Below are positions 59,709 through 64,000 of a stretch of DNA of 64,000 nt, piece by piece (position 1 is the first letter of the stretch; each line of letters opens with the position of its first letter). The translations under genes were made by a program, and so were the position numbers. A model generated the notes under the pieces. That model did not search any database. It saw only the letters and a list, made by a program, of their open reading frames with translations, and was not told the DNA's origin. This DNA is from Eledone cirrhosa (Eukaryota): contig OZ024764.1 in NCBI GenBank assembly GCA_964016885.1, forward strand, positions 3,968,001-4,032,000, in the 5' to 3' direction.

Positions 59709-59770
59709 ATCAACAACTAACAGCACATATTGATAGACTTGCTTCTCTGGTTGTACGACTGGAAAACAGG
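59709..59770 (+). CDS. Small coding exon of the AT-hook gene (phase 1 to 0): (D)QQLTAHIDRLASLVVRLENR
   Basis: Acceptor TTTCTATTTCCAACAG|, donor AGG|GTTTGT. Its 62 nt exactly reconcile the frames of the flanking exons. Confidence 0.75.
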
Positions 59771-59789
59771 GTTTGTATATTGTGAATAT

Positions 59790-60157
59790 ACTTATGTGTG
59801 TGTATGTGTATATGTATGTGTGTATATATGTGTATGTGTGTGTGTATATATGTGTATGTGTGTGTGTGTGTGTATATATGTGTATGTGTGTGTGTGTATA
59901 TATATATATATGTATATGTGTGTGTGTGTATATATGTATGTGTGTGTGTGTATATATGTATGTGTGTGTGTGTGTGTATATATGTATGTGTGTGAGTGCG
60001 TATTTATATATGTGTGTGTGTGTGTGTATGTTTGTGTCTGTGTGTGTGCGTATATGTATATGTGTGTGTGTGTGCGTATATATATATGTATATGTGTGTG
60101 TGTGCGTATATATGTGTGTGTGTGTGTATATATGTGTGTCTATATATATATATATAT
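59790..60157. repeat. (TG)n/(TA)n compound microsatellite
   Basis: Directly visible. Confidence 0.95.
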
Positions 60158-61450
60158 GAAGGTGCTTGGCTTAGTGTTGATTTTACAATAGTGAGGTTGT
60201 GAGCCTGATTCCCAGGGCAGGTGATGTTGTTTCCTTGAGCAAGACACTTTATTTCACATTACTCCAGTTTACTCAGCTGTAGAAAAGAGTTGCGACGTCA
60301 CTGGTGCCAAGCTGTATCAGCCATTGCCTTTCTCTTGGACAACATCGGTGGCGTGGAGAGGGGAGACTGGTATGTATGGGTGACTGCTGGTGTTCCACAA
60401 AACAAACCTTGCCCAGGCTTGTGCTTCAGAGGGGAGCTTTCTAGCTGTAAAACCATGGTCATTTGTGACTGAAAGGGGCCTACAATGTATGTAAGGTGGT
60501 CATGTACGTGTCACAACAAAAAGTACCCAGTCCACACTGTAAAGTGGTCGTGTAGGTGTCACAACAAACAACACCCAGTCTACACTGTAAAGTGGTCATG
60601 TAGGTGTCACAGCAAAAAACACCCAGTCCACACTGTAAAGTGGTCATGTAGGTGTCACAACAAACAGCACCCAGTCCACACTGTAAAGTGGTCATGTAGG
60701 TGTCACAACAAAAAGTACCCAGTCCCCACTGTAAAGTGGTCATGTAGGTGTCACAACAAACAACACCCAGTCTACACTGTAAAGTGGTCATGTAGGTGTC
60801 ACAGCAAAAAACACCCAGTCCACACTGTAAAGTGGTCATATAGGTGTCACAACAAACAGCACCCAGTCCACACTGTAAAGTGGTCATGTAGGTGTCACAA
60901 CAAAAAGTACCCAGTCCCCACTGTAAAGCTGTCATGTAGGTGTCACAACAAAAAGTACCCAGTCCACACTGTAAAGTGGTCATGTAGGTGTCACAACAAA
61001 AAGTACCCAGTCCACACTGTAAAGTGGTCATGTAGGTGTCACAACAAAAAGTACCCAGTCCACACTGTAAAGTGGTCATGTAGGTGTCATGACAAAAAGT
61101 ACACAGTCCGCACTGTAAAGTGGTCATGTAGGTGTCATAACAAACAACACCCAGTCCACACTGTAAAGTGGTCGTGTAGGTGTCACAACAAAAAGTACCC
61201 AGTCCACACTGTAAAGTGGTCATGTAGGTGTCATGACAAAAAGTACCCAGTCCGCACTATAAAGTGGTCATGTAGGTGACACGGTAAAAAGCTCCCAGTC
61301 CACACTGTAAATATGGTTGGTGTTAGGTCGGGCATTCAGCCATAGAAGACCTGCCAGATACAGGCCTATACGAGCGAGACACGGTCACCCGACCAATCTT
61401 GCCGCAAGTAGGACAAAACCGTCCAACCCATTCTAGCGTGGAAGATGGAG
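60158..61450 (+). mobile_element. tRNA/CORE-like SINE (60158-60480) followed by a ~17-copy 48-bp tandem array and an RTE-type 3' tail
   Basis: Unit ACCCAGTCCACACTGTAAAGTGGTCATGTAGGTGTCACAACAAAAAGT resembles the RTE 3' UTR subrepeat (45808-45860). Ends CCGTCCAACCCATTCTAGCGTGGAAGATGGAGATTAAACGATGATGATG. Confidence 0.85.
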
Positions 61451-61699
61451 ATTAAACGATGATGATGAGAGAGCGAGAAAGTTTGTTCCACCACAAATTA
61501 GGAAACCATACTTGAGGACGTGCGTTTCACTGAAGTGGATTTTCAAGCTGCAGCCATCATATTACATAGTTTCTGATTTAGGCACAATGCCAGCAATTTT
61601 AGGGGAGGGGTAAGTCGATGAAATCAACCCTAGTACATTACTGGTACTTTTGTTATCAACCCTGTAAGTATGAGAGGCAAAGTTAACCTCAAATCCAGC

Positions 61700-62210
61700 C
61701 AAGTTTAGCTTTGCCTTTGGTGAATTTGAGGTGGAGAGAGGTACTCTTCCCAGGTGGTTCAAGGTTAGTGGGGGTACCTTAGTCACCCCTGGGTAGTTAT
61801 CCCTCCCAGGTTGAAAAGAATGAAGACAGACACTTTACTCTTCGGCCAGTCCCTCGTCAACTTCTTAAAGTTTCACTTGGAAAGGAAGGTGAGGGTGGAG
61901 AGAGAAGTGCTGTCCTACAGGACCTTTGTTAAGGGGTGAGTGAATGTGGCGAGAATGGCCCGTGTGAGTGGGCCTACTCTGACCATGAGCCGCTAGGCTG
62001 GTTAATTTGAAGAGGAGAAGGGTTACCCTTCTTGGAGGCCCTAGAAGGGTCAGGTGAACCAGGATTCTTGGGGTACCTTAGTCATCCCCTGGATAGTTAT
62101 CCCCCCCCCCCTCCATTGGGGAATTTTCATTGTTGTATTTTTCTTGTTTATTGTTATTGTTTTCCTATGTTTTAATCGATTTTGTGTAAACCCCCCCTCC
62201 CCTGTCCCCG
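61700..62210 (+). mobile_element. Decayed 3' fragment of an L1/Tx1-like LINE
   Basis: 61809-61996 translates RLKRMKTDTLLFGQSLVNFLKFHLERKVRVEREVLSYRTFVKG*VNVARM, resembling Tx1-type ORF2 C-termini, followed by a T-rich UTR. Confidence 0.55.
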
Positions 62211-63850
62211 TCTATTGTCCCCTATATGTCACTCTTGTGGTCAATATCAACCAGTATTATTATAACAACCCCCACTGTCCCTGTCTATTGTATTGTCCCC
62301 TATATGTCAGCCCTTGTGGTCAATATAAACCAGTATTATTATTACAACCCCCACTGTCCCTGTCTATTGTATTGTCCCCTATATGTCAGCCCTTGTGGTC
62401 AATATAAACCAGTATTATTATTACAACCCCCACTGTCCCTGTCTATTGTATTGTCCCCTATATGTCAGCCCTTGTGGTCAATATAAACCAGTATTATTAT
62501 TACGACCCCCCACTGTCCCTGTCTATTGTATTGTCCCCTATATGTCAGCCCCTGTGGTCAATATAAACCAGTATTATTATTATTACAACCCCCACTGTCC
62601 CTGTCTATTGTATTGTCCCCTATATGTCAGCCCTTGTGGTCAATATAAACCAGTATTATTATTACAACCCCCACTTTCCCTGTCTATTGTATTGTCCCCT
62701 ATATGTCAGCCCTTGTGGTCAATATAAACCAGTATTATTATTATTACAACCCCCACTGTCCCTGTCTATTGTATTGTCCCCTATATGTCAGCCCTTGTGG
62801 TCAATATAAACCAGTATTATTATTACAACCCCCACTGTCCCTGTCTATTGTATTGTCCCCTATATGTCAGCCCTTGTGGTCAATATAAACCAGTATTATT
62901 ATTACAACCCCCACTGTCCCTGTCTATTGTATTGTCCCCTATATGTCAGCCCTTGTGGTCAATATAAACCAGTATTATTATTACAACCCCCACTGTCCCT
63001 GTCTATTGTATTGTCCCCTATATGTCAGCCCTTGTGGTCAATATAAACCAGTATTATTATTACAACCCCCACTGTCCCTGTCTATTGTACTGTCCCCTAT
63101 ATGTCAGCCCTTGTGGTCAATATAAACCAGTATTATTATTACAACCCCCACTGTCCCTGTCTATTGTATTGTCCCCTATATGTCAGCCCTTGTGGTCAAT
63201 ATAAACCAGTATTATTATTACAACCCCACTTTCCCTGTCTATTGTACTGTCCCCTATATGTCAGCCCTTGTGGTCAATATAAACCAGTATTATTATTACA
63301 ACCCCCACTGTCCCTGTCTATTGTATTGTCCCCTATATGTCAGCCCTTGTGGTCAATATAAACCAGTATTATTATTACAACCCCCACTTTCCCTGTCTAT
63401 TGTATTGTCCCCTATATGTCAGCCCTTGTGGTCAATATAAACCAGTATTATTATTACAACCCCCACTGTCCCTGTCTATTGTATTGTCCCCTATATGTCA
63501 GCCCTTGTGGTCAATATAAACCAGTATTATTATTACAACCCCCACTGTCCCTGTCTATTGTATTGTCCCCTATATGTCAGCCCTTGTGGTCATAAACCAG
63601 TATTATTATTACAACCCCACTGTCCTTGTCTATTGTATTGTCCCCTATATGTCAGCCCTTGTGGCCAATATAAACCAGTATTATTATTACAACCCCCACT
63701 GTCCCTGTCTATTGTATTGTCCCCTATATGTCAGCCCTTGTGGCCAATATAAACCAGTATTATTATTACAACCCCCACTGTCCCTGTCTATTGTATTGTC
63801 CCCTATATGTCAGCCCTTGTGGTCAGTAAATAAAACCATTATTATTATTA
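62210..63850 (+). repeat. 79-bp tandem minisatellite (~20 copies) made of a LINE 3' terminus with (TAT)n tail
   Basis: Unit CCCCCACTGTCCCTGTCTATTGTATTGTCCCCTATATGTCAGCCCTTGTGGTCAATATAAACCAGTATTATTATTACAA; period 79 is visible in the ORF offsets. Confidence 0.95.
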
Positions 63851-63864
63851 TTTTCTCATTTCAG

Positions 63865-63930
63865 ATCAATCTAGATGGTTTGGTAGATGAAGATACAGAC
63901 ATTGAAGCAGATTTAGAAGATGATGTACAG
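63865..63930 (+). CDS. Small coding exon of the AT-hook gene (phase 0 to 0): INLDGLVDEDTDIEADLEDDVQ
   Basis: Acceptor TTTTCTCATTTCAG|, donor CAG|GTGACC; 66 nt, open and acidic like the large exon. Confidence 0.72.
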
Positions 63931-63959
63931 GTGACCCCTCTCTTTCTTATAATATATGT

Positions 63960-64000
63960 ACTAGCAAAGTAGCCTGTCATTGCCGGGCACACCTTTTGCT
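63960..64000 (-). mobile_element. Helitron-like 3' end (antisense), running off the window
   Basis: Minus strand GCCCGGCAATGACAGGC hairpin followed by CTAG|T. Confidence 0.5.

Noticed and set aside
60480-61279. Cys/His-rich repetitive ORFs on both strands resembling metallothionein or zinc-finger proteins
   Set aside because: Product of a 48-bp (3n) tandem repeat derived from the RTE UTR motif; no splice or start context.

Overview
Eukaryotic, extremely repeat-rich animal DNA. The (TA)n microsatellite load and the SINE/LINE repertoire look cephalopod (octopus-like), but this is an inference. The window is mostly a nest of retroelements sitting in (TA)n tracts. (i) Three related RTE-clade LINE families (here A, B, C), including two intact ~1,040-aa APE-endonuclease/RT ORFs arranged tail-to-tail (42617-45736 +, 47702-50812 -). 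All three families carry a C4HC3 PHD-type zinc finger inserted inside the RT. (ii) A Penelope-like element (RT + C-terminal GIY-YIG, ~30921-33191) enclosed by near-perfect ~3.3-kb inverted repeats, each arm carrying a hammerhead ribozyme motif, plus a second Penelope fragment and many solo pseudo-LTR remnants. About 11 hammerhead motifs were found by eye in total. (iii) A decayed DD37D Tc1/mariner transposon, Helitron ends, SINEs, Tx1-like and Ingi/Vingi-like fragments. (iv) Several minisatellites, some demonstrably made from LINE 3' ends. One host gene is visible as three frame-compatible exons (55941-56849, 59709-59770, 63865-63930) encoding an acidic, two-AT-hook nuclear protein. Most long ORFs in the supplied track (YIYI...) are microsatellite artefacts. 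All annotation was done by eye, with no database searches.
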